NCBI GenBank assembly: GCA_963816145.1
Contig: CAWFJP010000004.1
Location: forward strand, 224,001 to 288,000
Direction: 5' to 3'
Length of the DNA stretch: 64,000 nucleotides
DNA from: an uncultured delta proteobacterium
Lineage (GTDB): Bacteria; Desulfobacterota; Binatia; UBA9968
Part shown: positions 1 to 7,904 of the stretch, piece after piece
Layout of the letters: each line of letters starts with the position of its first letter
Position numbering within the stretch: the stretch's first letter is position 1
Position numbers and translations under genes: made by a program
The notes under the pieces: generated by a model
Database searches by the model: none
What the model was told of the DNA's origin: nothing
The model's input: only the letters and a program-made list of their open reading frames with translations

Positions 1-496
1 GCCCCGACGCTCCGGTACCGCCACCGCCGCCGGCGACTCCGCTGCCGGCGACCACGCCGGCATCGCCCTTGGCGAAGAGATTGCCGGCGCCGGCGGCGCT
101 GCCCTCCGCTTGAGTGGCTTGCGTGCCGGTGTTCCAGCCGGCTTTGGCCGCGCCGGCGTTATCCGGCAATGCCGCCAGCTGCTGCGGCTCTGCGACCGGT
201 TTTTCTTTGCTGTCTTCTTTGGTGTTGCCGGTCGGCGGCAATGGACTGGTTTCAAAAACCGGCTTGGAAAGCAATTTGGGCGCGGTGAGATTTTGCGGTT
301 TGGGTTTCGGCACCGGTGGCGGCGGTGCGACCTCAACTTTTTGCGGCTGCTCGACCCGCGGCAGCTCGATCAATTCCACCGGCATATTGACGGGCTTGAG
401 CGGTTTGGCGTGCATCACCAGCGCAGCCACGGGAATCAGGCTCAAATGAATTAACGACGAGGCGGTAAACGACGAGATCAGCCCGTGCTCATTCAT
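1..496 (-). CDS. tonB: TonB-family energy transducer, N-terminal part (runs off window start)
   Basis: Manual translation from ATG at 496 (ATGA overlap with exbD stop): MNEHGLISSFTASSLIHLSLIPVAALVMHAKP... TM anchor with SxxxH, then Pro/Lys-rich and Gly/Ala-rich linker; follows exbB-exbD. Confidence 0.8.
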   Translation of the reverse strand, partial: MNEHGLISSFTASSLIHLSLIPVAALVMHAKPLKPVNMPVELIELPRVEQPQKVEVAPPPPVPKPKPQNLTAPKLLSKPVFETSPLPPTGNTKEDSKEKPVAEPQQLAALPDNAGAAKAGWNTGTQATQAEGSAAGAGNLFAKGDAGVVAGSGVAGGGGGTGASG

Positions 497-906
497 TTTC
501 TTTGCTCCTTCGGTTTGACCGCGATCGCCATCTTGGCGACGTTGGCGCCGCGGGCGATATCCATGACTTCGACGACGCGGCCATGCTCGACGCCGTCGTC
601 GGCGTTGATGACAACCAACATCTCGGAGTTTTTCACCAGCTGCTGGCGCAGCGCATCGCCCAGAGCGGTCTTGTCGATCGCCTTTTGGTTAAGAAACAAC
701 CGGCCGTCTTTGTCGATGGTTACCGCCGCGCTCTCGGCCGGCGCCTGCTGACCGGCAGCGGCTTTCGGCAGATTGACCGGCATGCCTTTGAACTGGGTCA
801 TCGACAACGTCGAGATCATAAAAAAGACCAGGAGAAAGAAAATCGTGTCGATCATCGGGATGATCTCGATGCGCGCCTTTTTAATGCTGCGGCGTTGTAT
901 GCGCAT
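493..906 (-). CDS. exbD: Biopolymer transport protein ExbD/TolR
   Basis: IEIIPMIDTIFFLLVFFMI motif; C-terminal ADDGVEHGRVVEVMD. Confidence 0.93.
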   Translation of the reverse strand: MRIQRRSIKKARIEIIPMIDTIFFLLVFFMISTLSMTQFKGMPVNLPKAAAGQQAPAESAAVTIDKDGRLFLNQKAIDKTALGDALRQQLVKNSEMLVVINADDGVEHGRVVEVMDIARGANVAKMAIAVKPKEQRK

Positions 907-1514
907 CAGTGTTTCCCCATGCGCTCATGAAGCAGCAATTCGAGCGAGGAACTGAAGTGCTCCATTCGGTCCATTTCGCGCTCGACCTTCGCCGTGAAGT
1001 AGTTGTAGGAAACCAAGGTGAGAATCGCGATCAGCAAACCGGTGGCGGTGGCGATCAGCGCTTCGGCAACGCCGCCGGTGACCGCATGGGGCTGGCCCAT
1101 GCCGACCTCGGACATGACATCAAAGGAACCGATCATGCCGACCACCGTGCCGAGCAGTCCGAGCAATGGGGCGAGGGTGACGATCGTGTCGAGAACCCCC
1201 AGGCGGCTTTTGAGAATCGGAATTTCGGCCTGCGCCGCCGCTTCCATTGCTTTGGCCGGGGCCGGATTGCGGTGCGCGATGCCGGCAGCGAGGACCCGTG
1301 CAATGGGCTGGATCGACGTCTTGCCTAACTGCAACGCCTGGTCGAATTCGCCCTTGTCGACAAAAGCTAGGATTTGATGCAACGCATCCTTCGATTTTAG
1401 TTTGGTCCAATACAATAAGCGTTCGATTGTCAGGGCGACAGAGATTAGCGAACAAGCGAGGAGCGGAATCATGACGATCCCGCCTTTAACGATGATCGAA
1501 ACAAATGCCGACAT
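906..1514 (-). CDS. exbB: MotA/TolQ/ExbB proton channel protein
   Basis: APLLGLLGTVVGMI and GVAEALIATATGL motifs; start set at ATG 1514 (MSAFVSIIVKGG), not the 1802 ORF-track start. Confidence 0.92.
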   Translation of the reverse strand: MSAFVSIIVKGGIVMIPLLACSLISVALTIERLLYWTKLKSKDALHQILAFVDKGEFDQALQLGKTSIQPIARVLAAGIAHRNPAPAKAMEAAAQAEIPILKSRLGVLDTIVTLAPLLGLLGTVVGMIGSFDVMSEVGMGQPHAVTGGVAEALIATATGLLIAILTLVSYNYFTAKVEREMDRMEHFSSSLELLLHERMGKH

Positions 1515-1516
1515 GA

Positions 1517-1729
1517 CTATTGGACCAATCCTTTCTTGACTTGCTGATGATTGTTCTGCTCGCTGATCTCGGCGTCCTCCGCCACGCTTTGCATGGCGAG
1601 CCCGAGGTCGCGCAGATCGCCTCTCGAGATATGCAGAACGATGTTGCCGTAATGAAAGTGGGCGGTGTCTTGACTGCAATCGCAAAGCGAGACCGACCAC
1701 CCTCCTCCTCGGGATTTGATGCCGTACAT
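1517..1729 (-). CDS. Small hypothetical protein (70 aa) with CxC and HxH residues
   Basis: GGAGG RBS before ATG 1729; SLCDCSQDTAHFHYGNIVLHI; first gene after conserved element copy 1. Confidence 0.7.
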   Translation of the reverse strand: MYGIKSRGGGWSVSLCDCSQDTAHFHYGNIVLHISRGDLRDLGLAMQSVAEDAEISEQNNHQQVKKGLVQ

Positions 1730-1748
1730 TTTGACCTCCGCAAAAATC

Positions 1749-1817
1749 AAAAAGCCCGACGCTCTGCAACATTCGCTGCGAAGCGCCGGGCTCTGGATTC
1801 AAGATCTCTGGCCGCTG
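1749..1817 (-). promoter_or_regulatory. Conserved hexamer-repeat leader plus intrinsic terminator, copy 1
   Basis: Minus strand CAGCGGCCAGAGATCTTGAATCCAGAGCCCGGC...GTCGGGCTTTTT; near-identical copies at 2197-2262 and 4118-4185. Confidence 0.85.
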
Positions 1818-1823
1818 AGTGTG

Positions 1824-1883
1824 TTTGTATATTCAAAGCATAAGTATTTGTCAATACTTATAGCCGATATTTGTATAGACTAA
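1824..1883 (-). promoter_or_regulatory. Sigma70-like promoter with overlapping operator-like palindrome
   Basis: Minus strand TTGACA-17 bp-TATACA; perfect inverted repeat ATAAGTATT-N4-AATACTTAT (1840-1861) covers the -35; TTAG-N6-CAAA box at 1870-1883. Confidence 0.6.
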
Positions 1884-1963
1884 TATTAATTTATAACCTG
1901 CTAAAACTTTGTGTAAATTAACGATGTCTGTGTTCTCAATATCTCTCTTTGTTGTGCCATTAA

Positions 1964-2134
1964 TCACCGAGGATTTTGGTTATGCCGGTGCTCAGGTGAA
2001 ATAGGAATAATGATCTTTCGTTTACACCGGCGACACTTGATTTCGACCCCACCCGGCACTAGACGGGCCAGCAAATTGCCACAGTGACAGCGTAAGAGTT
2101 TAACCTCTGTGCCGTCGACGACTTTATCTTTCAT
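1964..2134 (-). CDS. Com-like Cys4 zinc-ribbon protein, paralog B (56 aa, below ORF-track cutoff)
   Basis: Manual translation: MKDKVVDGTEVKLLRCHCGNLLARLVPGGVEIKCRRCKRKIIIPISPEHRHNQNPR; RCxCGxLL...EIKCxRCKR pattern resembles phage Mu Com; paralog at 4216-4407. Confidence 0.8.
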   Translation of the reverse strand: MKDKVVDGTEVKLLRCHCGNLLARLVPGGVEIKCRRCKRKIIIPISPEHRHNQNPR

Positions 2135-2196
2135 TGGCGGTTTGACTCAGTTGACAGATAGCGCTTCGACAAGACATGGCATTTATTTTCTTCTCC

Positions 2197-2262
2197 AAAA
2201 AAAGAGCCCGGAATCGCATGTAACGCGATGCCGGGCTCTGGGTTCTCGACCTCTGGCCGCTC
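2197..2262 (-). promoter_or_regulatory. Conserved hexamer-repeat leader plus intrinsic terminator, copy 2
   Basis: Minus strand GAGCGGCCAGAGGTCGAGAACCCAGAGCCCGGCATCGCGTTACATGCGATTCCGGGCTCTTTTTTT. Confidence 0.85.
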
Positions 2263-2386
2263 GTCCGTTTACCGTTATGAAACTGTTAGTGTTGGTCGAC
2301 TCTAACTGTTCTCTAAAAAATTCGGGCCACAAAACTCCACTGCTCCAATTCGATTTGGCTATCGCGAGCCGAGATCGACATGGCCA

Positions 2387-3238
2387 TTACCAAAACCAGC
2401 TCGATTCTGACGAGGGACCGAACAGCGCGCAAACGAAATTCTCAAGCTCTAGATTGAACTTGATGATGACCGGATCCGAGCCGTGGGTCAGACCGAAACC
2501 GGCGCCAATATTGTACTCGATACCATGCGGCAGCTCGCCCCGGATGACCGGAAAGATGTAATGTTGCTGCTCCGCTCTTGGGTCGGTGTCGTTGATGTTG
2601 CCGATACCGCCGAAAAACTCGACACCCGGCGAAATCGACCGCATCCAGCGATAATAAATTCCCGAGGCGTAGCCGAATTCGAATCCTTTGTTCTTGTCTG
2701 GGCCGACCAATACTTTTTCAAAGATGGGATTAACCATCAAGGAAAGGCTGCCGAAGTCTTTTTGAATAATCGGGCGCAATTCCAGTTCTAGTTTCTGATC
2801 GTCGAATTGCGGTACACGGTTGTATCCCAATTCAATGTACCAACCGAGATCGATGGGCAGCTGCCCTTGATCGAACAGGCTGCCGCGCACTCTGAACTTT
2901 GAGCCGGCATATTGCAGGTCACGACCGTTGGGCTTGGCGATATTCACGTACGCCGCCGCTTCGATGCGATCGGAAAGCCCGTAGGTTGCCTCCAAAGCGG
3001 TGCGCCACATCGATTGGCTGGGTAAGGTGCCGCCTGAAGTTCCCTTGTCGCCCTGGGTGAAGCCATTGGCGACAACGCTATTTAGCCACTCAAGTTCAAG
3101 AACACCGCGCCCGAGCGTGCGGTACGGATAAACTTCAAATTCCCAGGGATCGACCTGCGCGGCGCCACAACCGGGGCGTAACAAATCTGCCAGGACGATG
3201 AGGCACGCTAAGGTTATCGATCGTAAATAAGTGTTCAT
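2387..3238 (-). CDS. Putative outer-membrane beta-barrel protein
   Basis: Signal peptide; alternating aromatic/Gly beta-strand pattern; operonic with cupredoxin and haem protein. Confidence 0.65.
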   Translation of the reverse strand: MNTYLRSITLACLIVLADLLRPGCGAAQVDPWEFEVYPYRTLGRGVLELEWLNSVVANGFTQGDKGTSGGTLPSQSMWRTALEATYGLSDRIEAAAYVNIAKPNGRDLQYAGSKFRVRGSLFDQGQLPIDLGWYIELGYNRVPQFDDQKLELELRPIIQKDFGSLSLMVNPIFEKVLVGPDKNKGFEFGYASGIYYRWMRSISPGVEFFGGIGNINDTDPRAEQQHYIFPVIRGELPHGIEYNIGAGFGLTHGSDPVIIKFNLELENFVCALFGPSSESSWFW

Positions 3239-3744
3239 TGTGAATGCTCCTTAGTTGTATTGGAACTTTGTTGGGATCGTTGGCTTGCTAACTCCGATTC
3301 GATCCACTGTAGTAACAGCAGCAGATCTGTTTGGTTTAGCGCTGCTTGAGGGTGCAGTATGCGGTAACTCCACGGCGGCATGTTTTCTTGACGCAAGGTG
3401 CGATCGATCCACTGAAGTTTGCGTAACTTTGTCGTCAGGTAATAGGAACCCCATTCGGAGAAGTTCAGCTGTTTGCGCCCCAACCCGACGTCCCGTTCCA
3501 ACCACCAAGAGAATGGCGCGACGTAGCCGTACCATGGCCAGCGGGTTTCATTGGAGTGGCAGTCGTAACAGGAGCGTATGAGAATAGCCGCAATTTTCGG
3601 TGGCGCTGCAGCGTCGTCACGTGTAGGAGGATCTTCATGGCGAATCCCGCGCGATAGTCCGACCATGGTAAGTCCGGCGACTGCGAGGAGCGCCGCGACG
3701 TGCTGCTTGTTTATTTTCACCGGCCGTCGATCTCCTATACCCAT
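3235..3744 (-). CDS. Haem-binding domain protein (c-type cytochrome)
   Basis: N-terminal hydrophobic segment; SCYDCHSNETRWPWY (CxxCH) and distal MPP. Confidence 0.85.
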   Translation of the reverse strand: MGIGDRRPVKINKQHVAALLAVAGLTMVGLSRGIRHEDPPTRDDAAAPPKIAAILIRSCYDCHSNETRWPWYGYVAPFSWWLERDVGLGRKQLNFSEWGSYYLTTKLRKLQWIDRTLRQENMPPWSYRILHPQAALNQTDLLLLLQWIESELASQRSQQSSNTTKEHSQ

Positions 3745-3750
3745 GAGTTT

Positions 3751-4089
3751 TTATTTGGCCGTGATCGTTCCTTCGGGAACATCCTGGTGAAAATCGTCGT
3801 AAATGTCATAACTGCCGGGCCGCAAAGCCGGTACGAGTACGATCACCGACTCACCGGGGCCAACGACCTTCTCACGGTTGAGCTTGAAGCTTTCGAATTC
3901 GATGGCTTCTTTGCTGCTGTTGGTGATTTTAATCTTAAACGGTTGATTCGCCGGGACGGTGATCGTTTGCGGAATAAAGCGGCGATTCTCGAAGCGCAAC
4001 TCGACCACCGCGTCGTCGGCTTGGGCGCGCCTTGCTAACGCGATGGCAAAGAGGAAAAGCAGGGTAATTGTAATCCTCGAATGCTTCAT
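3751..4089 (-). CDS. Periplasmic cupredoxin-domain protein (EfeO-N/FtrB-like)
   Basis: Signal peptide; EFES..LNREKVV and PGSYDIYDDFH motifs. Confidence 0.85.
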   Translation of the reverse strand: MKHSRITITLLFLFAIALARRAQADDAVVELRFENRRFIPQTITVPANQPFKIKITNSSKEAIEFESFKLNREKVVGPGESVIVLVPALRPGSYDIYDDFHQDVPEGTITAK

Positions 4090-4117
4090 CTAGTTCTCTC
4101 CTTGGCTATTAAAAAGC

Positions 4118-4185
4118 AAAAAGCCCGGTTACCGCCGTTGTCTGTGCGGAACGCCGGGCTCTGGGTTCAAGACCTCTGGCCGCTG
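4118..4185 (-). promoter_or_regulatory. Conserved hexamer-repeat leader plus intrinsic terminator, copy 3
   Basis: Minus strand CAGCGGCCAGAGGTCTTGAACCCAGAGCCCGGC...CCGGGCTTTTTGCTTTTT, 30 nt after the Com-like gene A stop and upstream of the cupredoxin RBS. Confidence 0.85.
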
Positions 4186-4215
4186 AATTAGATTTATCAA
4201 CGTTCTCAATGATGG

Positions 4216-4407
4216 TTACATATCGATCCTGACAGTGCCCTTGGTGGCGAAAGGTACGACCACTTGGCGCTTACAGCGGCGGCATTTGAGTTCGACGCCG
4301 TCGGCGACCACCCGGGCTAACAAGCTGCCACAGCTGCATCGCAGCGAGTTGTCTGGCTTTGTTGCCGCCGCTATCTCGCGGTTCTTTTGTTGTAGTCGTG
4401 AATCCAA
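4216..4407 (-). CDS. Com-like Cys4 zinc-ribbon protein, paralog A
   Basis: LRCSCGSLLARVVADGVELKCRRCKRQVVVPF; probable TTG start at 4407 directly after the FTR1 stop (start uncertain). Confidence 0.8.
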   Translation of the reverse strand: MDSRLQQKNREIAAATKPDNSLRCSCGSLLARVVADGVELKCRRCKRQVVVPFATKGTVRIDM

Positions 4408-4408
4408 T

Positions 4409-6391
4409 TTACTTCGCTTTCTTGCGCTGACGGGCCAGCCAAAAGGACGTAGCGACGAAGGCAAAAAGCATCAATCCTTGAGCCGCCAGGGTTTCAACGG
4501 TCGGATGGATGCCGAGCAAGGGGATCGCGTGCGGCACGCTCGTCGGTGTGGTGGAGATCCACTGGGCGGCTTGTAATTCTTTGACGCCGTTGCCGGCGAA
4601 GATAAACGCCATGATATAGAGCAGCGTTCCAGTGGCGCTCAAGAAATATTTGATCGGAAGTTTGAGCCCGAGCTTTAAAATCGCAAAGGTCGCGACCCCC
4701 AATAACCCGAGCCCGAGCGCCAGGCCCCAAATAATCGAGCCGTGACTATCCTCATTTTGCATCCACAGCGCTTGATAAAACAGCACCAGTTCGAAGGCCT
4801 CGCGATAGACGGCGAAAAACGAGATGCCGATAAGTCCGAAGATGCGCTGGGTCGATATTCCCGATTTTACTTTCTGTTCGATGAACTCATGCCAGCGTTT
4901 GACTTCCGAGCGGGTGTGCAGCCAGTAGCCGACATAGAAAAGCGCCACGGCCGCGAAGACGGATATGAATCCTTCCATGCTTTCGCGGTGGCGACCGCTG
5001 AGCGTGAGCACGGTTTGCGTCGCTACCCAGGTCAATCCGCCGCAGAAGAGCGCGAGAATCCAACCGAGATGAATGTAGCGGATCGCTTCGGTTGCGCCCA
5101 TGACGCGCAACATGCCGATGATGCTGGCCAGGATCAGTGCCGCTTCGAGTCCTTCGCGAAAGATGATCAAGGCTGAATTCGCGAAGGCATAATAGCCCGA
5201 GTAGCCGTCGTCGCGCGCCATTGCCTGGGTGGCGCGATCGAGTTGCACTTCGATTTCTACATGCTGTTTTTGAATTTCTTCCGCCGGCGCGCCTTGCTTG
5301 ATGCTGTTGCGCAGCTGGGTAAATTGCGCTTCCAGACCGCGTCCCAAGCTCGCATCTTTGGCGACTAGTGTTGGTTCGGCAAGTTCATAGCCGTCAAGAT
5401 ACGCTTCAACGGCTTTTTGATAGGCCTGATCTTTTTCCCCTTTGGCATAAAGCGCGACGGCTTCGCGCAGAAGTCCCTTGGCAACTGAAAGGGGATCGGA
5501 CAGCGAGGCTTCCAACATGCCGCGGCGCAGGTAGGCAAGCGCTGCCAGCGCCTGAGACTCGTCTTTGGTCTGTTGTTGGAGCCGGTCCAACAGCACTTCG
5601 TCGGCGCTGGTCGCCAGGGTTGCAACCGTTTGCAATTCGCCGGGCAAGCCTTTCGCCTTGACCATCTGCGCGCCGGTTTTGGCCGCTTCGTCGGTGAATC
5701 GCAGAGAAAATACGTAGAATGCGACCTGCCAGCGTTGCTCTTCGCTAAGGGCGGCAAACGATGCCATGGCCGTGCCCTCGATGCCGAAGCTCGCGGTGTT
5801 AAATACTTTGAACGGCGACAGGCCGCCGATGCGCTCGGGATCGGTGAAGTTGGCCGGCAGCGGCGTTTTGGGTTTCATGCTTTCGCGGCCTGGGCCGTCG
5901 CCTTTGCCGGTGGCGCCATGGCATTGCGCGCAATTGTCGTCGTAGATTTTCTTGCCGCTCGCCATGGACGGCAAGCGGCGCGGGTAGGGGACGATATTGT
6001 AGGCCGCCAGCAGTTTTTCTTTGGTTGCCTTGGCAGTTTCGGCGACCGCTTTGGGATCGGCTTTGTCCGTCACCTGCTGCGCCAGGGATTTTACCAAGGC
6101 TTCGACGCCGGCTTTATCGCCTTTGTCAGCGGCTTTGAGCTGGGCGAATAATTCCAAACCGCGCTTGGCGAATTCTTGCATTTCGCCGTACTCGTCCGGG
6201 TTCAAGACTTTGCCGTCTTTGACGGCATTTTTGTAATCGCTGCCCAGGTAGTCGAGCAGCGCGACCAGCTTCTTGGCCTGTTCTTGCGCCAATACCGGAG
6301 CCGCGGCGAAGAGTAGTAGCCATATCGCTAAGAATGAGGCGGTGATCTTGCTACTCGTGAAAGCGCGTCGTTGGGAAATCCCGTTGGTCAT
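4409..6391 (-). CDS. Cytochrome c / FTR1-family iron permease fusion (PbrT/EfeU-like)
   Basis: Signal peptide; CAQCHG haem motif; two RExxE motifs (FREGLEA, YREAFE) in the C-terminal multi-TM domain. Confidence 0.92.
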   Translation of the reverse strand: MTNGISQRRAFTSSKITASFLAIWLLLFAAAPVLAQEQAKKLVALLDYLGSDYKNAVKDGKVLNPDEYGEMQEFAKRGLELFAQLKAADKGDKAGVEALVKSLAQQVTDKADPKAVAETAKATKEKLLAAYNIVPYPRRLPSMASGKKIYDDNCAQCHGATGKGDGPGRESMKPKTPLPANFTDPERIGGLSPFKVFNTASFGIEGTAMASFAALSEEQRWQVAFYVFSLRFTDEAAKTGAQMVKAKGLPGELQTVATLATSADEVLLDRLQQQTKDESQALAALAYLRRGMLEASLSDPLSVAKGLLREAVALYAKGEKDQAYQKAVEAYLDGYELAEPTLVAKDASLGRGLEAQFTQLRNSIKQGAPAEEIQKQHVEIEVQLDRATQAMARDDGYSGYYAFANSALIIFREGLEAALILASIIGMLRVMGATEAIRYIHLGWILALFCGGLTWVATQTVLTLSGRHRESMEGFISVFAAVALFYVGYWLHTRSEVKRWHEFIEQKVKSGISTQRIFGLIGISFFAVYREAFELVLFYQALWMQNEDSHGSIIWGLALGLGLLGVATFAILKLGLKLPIKYFLSATGTLLYIMAFIFAGNGVKELQAAQWISTTPTSVPHAIPLLGIHPTVETLAAQGLMLFAFVATSFWLARQRKKAK

Positions 6392-6394
6392 TGG

Positions 6395-7162
6395 CTAGCT
6401 TCCTTGAGTCGATAGTAGAAAACGTTTTCTCAGCCAGGCGCTGATGCCGTCCATCATCAAGACGATCACCAGAACTAGTAGCAGCACGGTGGCTAGCCGA
6501 CGATAATCGAGATTCTGCAGATAGATTTGAATCACCAAACCGAGACCGCCGGCGCCGACAAATCCGAGAACCGACGAGGCGCGGATGTTGTATTCGAGCA
6601 TGAACAGCACCTGGGCGAGGATCGCATTGGCGGTTTCCGGGATAATCACAAAGCGCACCAGTTGCAGCTTCGATGCACCGGTGCTCTGCACCGCTTCGAT
6701 GATTTCCGGATCGGTGCCTTCGAACAGGTCGGCGTAGATTTTCGCCAGGTAGCCGACCGTATAGGCGGCAATACCGAAGGTGCCGGCCAGCGGTCCGAGG
6801 CCGACCAGAATGACGAAGACGATCGCCCACAGCAGCACCGGAATGGTGCGTATGCCAGCGGCGATGAATCTGGCCAAGCTCGAGAGCCAATCTGAAAAAA
6901 GTCGGCGCGTGCCGAGCACGCTCAAAGGCAGCGAAGCGATGAAACCCAAGAGCGTTCCGGCAAAGGACATTTCGACGGTTTCCCATAGCGCGGCGCCGGC
7001 GGTGGGCAGGATACTCATGTCGGGCGGCACCATTTCGCCGCCGAGAATCCTCAGGTTGCGAAAGCCGCGCGCTAAACGCTCGCCATCGAAGAGCCCTAAA
7101 TGGGCCAGGGTCGCAAGCAGGAACAAACCGACGGTGAGCGGCAAAAAGAATTTCGGCATCAC
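6395..7162 (-). CDS. phnE: PhnE/PtxC-like ABC permease
   Basis: EAA-like loop (IIEAVQSTGASK); LEYNIRASSVLGFVGAGGLG signature. Confidence 0.85.
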   Translation of the reverse strand: MMPKFFLPLTVGLFLLATLAHLGLFDGERLARGFRNLRILGGEMVPPDMSILPTAGAALWETVEMSFAGTLLGFIASLPLSVLGTRRLFSDWLSSLARFIAAGIRTIPVLLWAIVFVILVGLGPLAGTFGIAAYTVGYLAKIYADLFEGTDPEIIEAVQSTGASKLQLVRFVIIPETANAILAQVLFMLEYNIRASSVLGFVGAGGLGLVIQIYLQNLDYRRLATVLLLVLVIVLMMDGISAWLRKRFLLSTQGS

Positions 7163-7890
7163 GCGGTTGCCTCAGCCGGCTCGGTTTCAAGATACTCGCT
7201 GCCGATGTAGCCCTTGCCGATCGCGCCGTCTTTCATGGCGAGCACTTCTTCGCCGAACTTCCGCGCCAGACCGAGGCGGTGCATGCTCATGATGAATGTG
7301 ATGTTTTCTGTCTCGGCAGCGGCGCGGATACGGCCGAGAATCTCGTAGGCCAAAGTGAGATCGAGATCCGAGGCGAACTCGTCGGCGATGACGATGCGCG
7401 GCCGCTGCAATAGCGTGCGCGCGATGGCGACCCGTTGACGCTCGCCGCCGCTCAGCTGGAATACCCGATTGTTGCTCTTGTGGTCGATACCCATCATGGC
7501 GAGCGCCGCATGGGCGGCGTCGATCTCCGCGCGCGGAAATATGCCGAATAGAGTTTGGGCATCGCCAAGCCGGCCGAGCGCGCCCATCAGCACGTTGTCG
7601 AGGGCGGAGAGATTGCGCACCAGACCCAATTGTTGCGGAATGTAACCAATCAGCGAGCTCAAATTTCGCCGGCTGCCGCCTTCCAGGGGTTGGCCGAACA
7701 CGGCAATTTTCCCGCGGCTTGGCGGCAATATTCCCGCCATGACACGCAGCAATGTGGTCTTGCCGGTTCCCGAAGGACCCATGATCACCGTGTGCTTGCC
7801 GGCGGGAATCGACAGCGAGACATTGCGCAGGACGGGCTCGTGGCGCGGATAGGAAAACCAAACCTGGTCTGCGTGCAATGCCGTAACCAT
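7159..7890 (-). CDS. phnC: PhnC-like ABC ATPase
   Basis: Walker A GPSGTGKT; LSGGERQRVAIAR; IADE. Confidence 0.85.
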   Translation of the reverse strand: MVTALHADQVWFSYPRHEPVLRNVSLSIPAGKHTVIMGPSGTGKTTLLRVMAGILPPSRGKIAVFGQPLEGGSRRNLSSLIGYIPQQLGLVRNLSALDNVLMGALGRLGDAQTLFGIFPRAEIDAAHAALAMMGIDHKSNNRVFQLSGGERQRVAIARTLLQRPRIVIADEFASDLDLTLAYEILGRIRAAAETENITFIMSMHRLGLARKFGEEVLAMKDGAIGKGYIGSEYLETEPAEATA

Positions 7891-7904
7891 ATATGCGCTG
7901 TCGC

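Noticed and set aside
1515-1802. N-terminal extension of ExbB in the ORF track (298 aa)
   Set aside because: It runs through the terminator element and a separate small gene; ExbB-like sequence starts at ATG 1514.
1749-4185. The three elements as a CRISPR array or a known riboswitch (NiCo/czcD, yybP-ykoY, cobalamin)
   Set aside because: Copies are 0.4-1.9 kb apart with genes between them, there are no cas genes, and I see none of the conserved cores I know for those riboswitches; an Rfam search is still needed.
1932-4210. ATTGAGAAC after both Com-like genes as a Fur box
   Set aside because: Only a half-site-like 9-mer with no convincing 19-bp palindrome; too weak to call.
1964-4407. Com-like genes as a Mu prophage remnant
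   Set aside because: No mom/methylase, transposase or structural phage genes nearby; the context is entirely metal transport.
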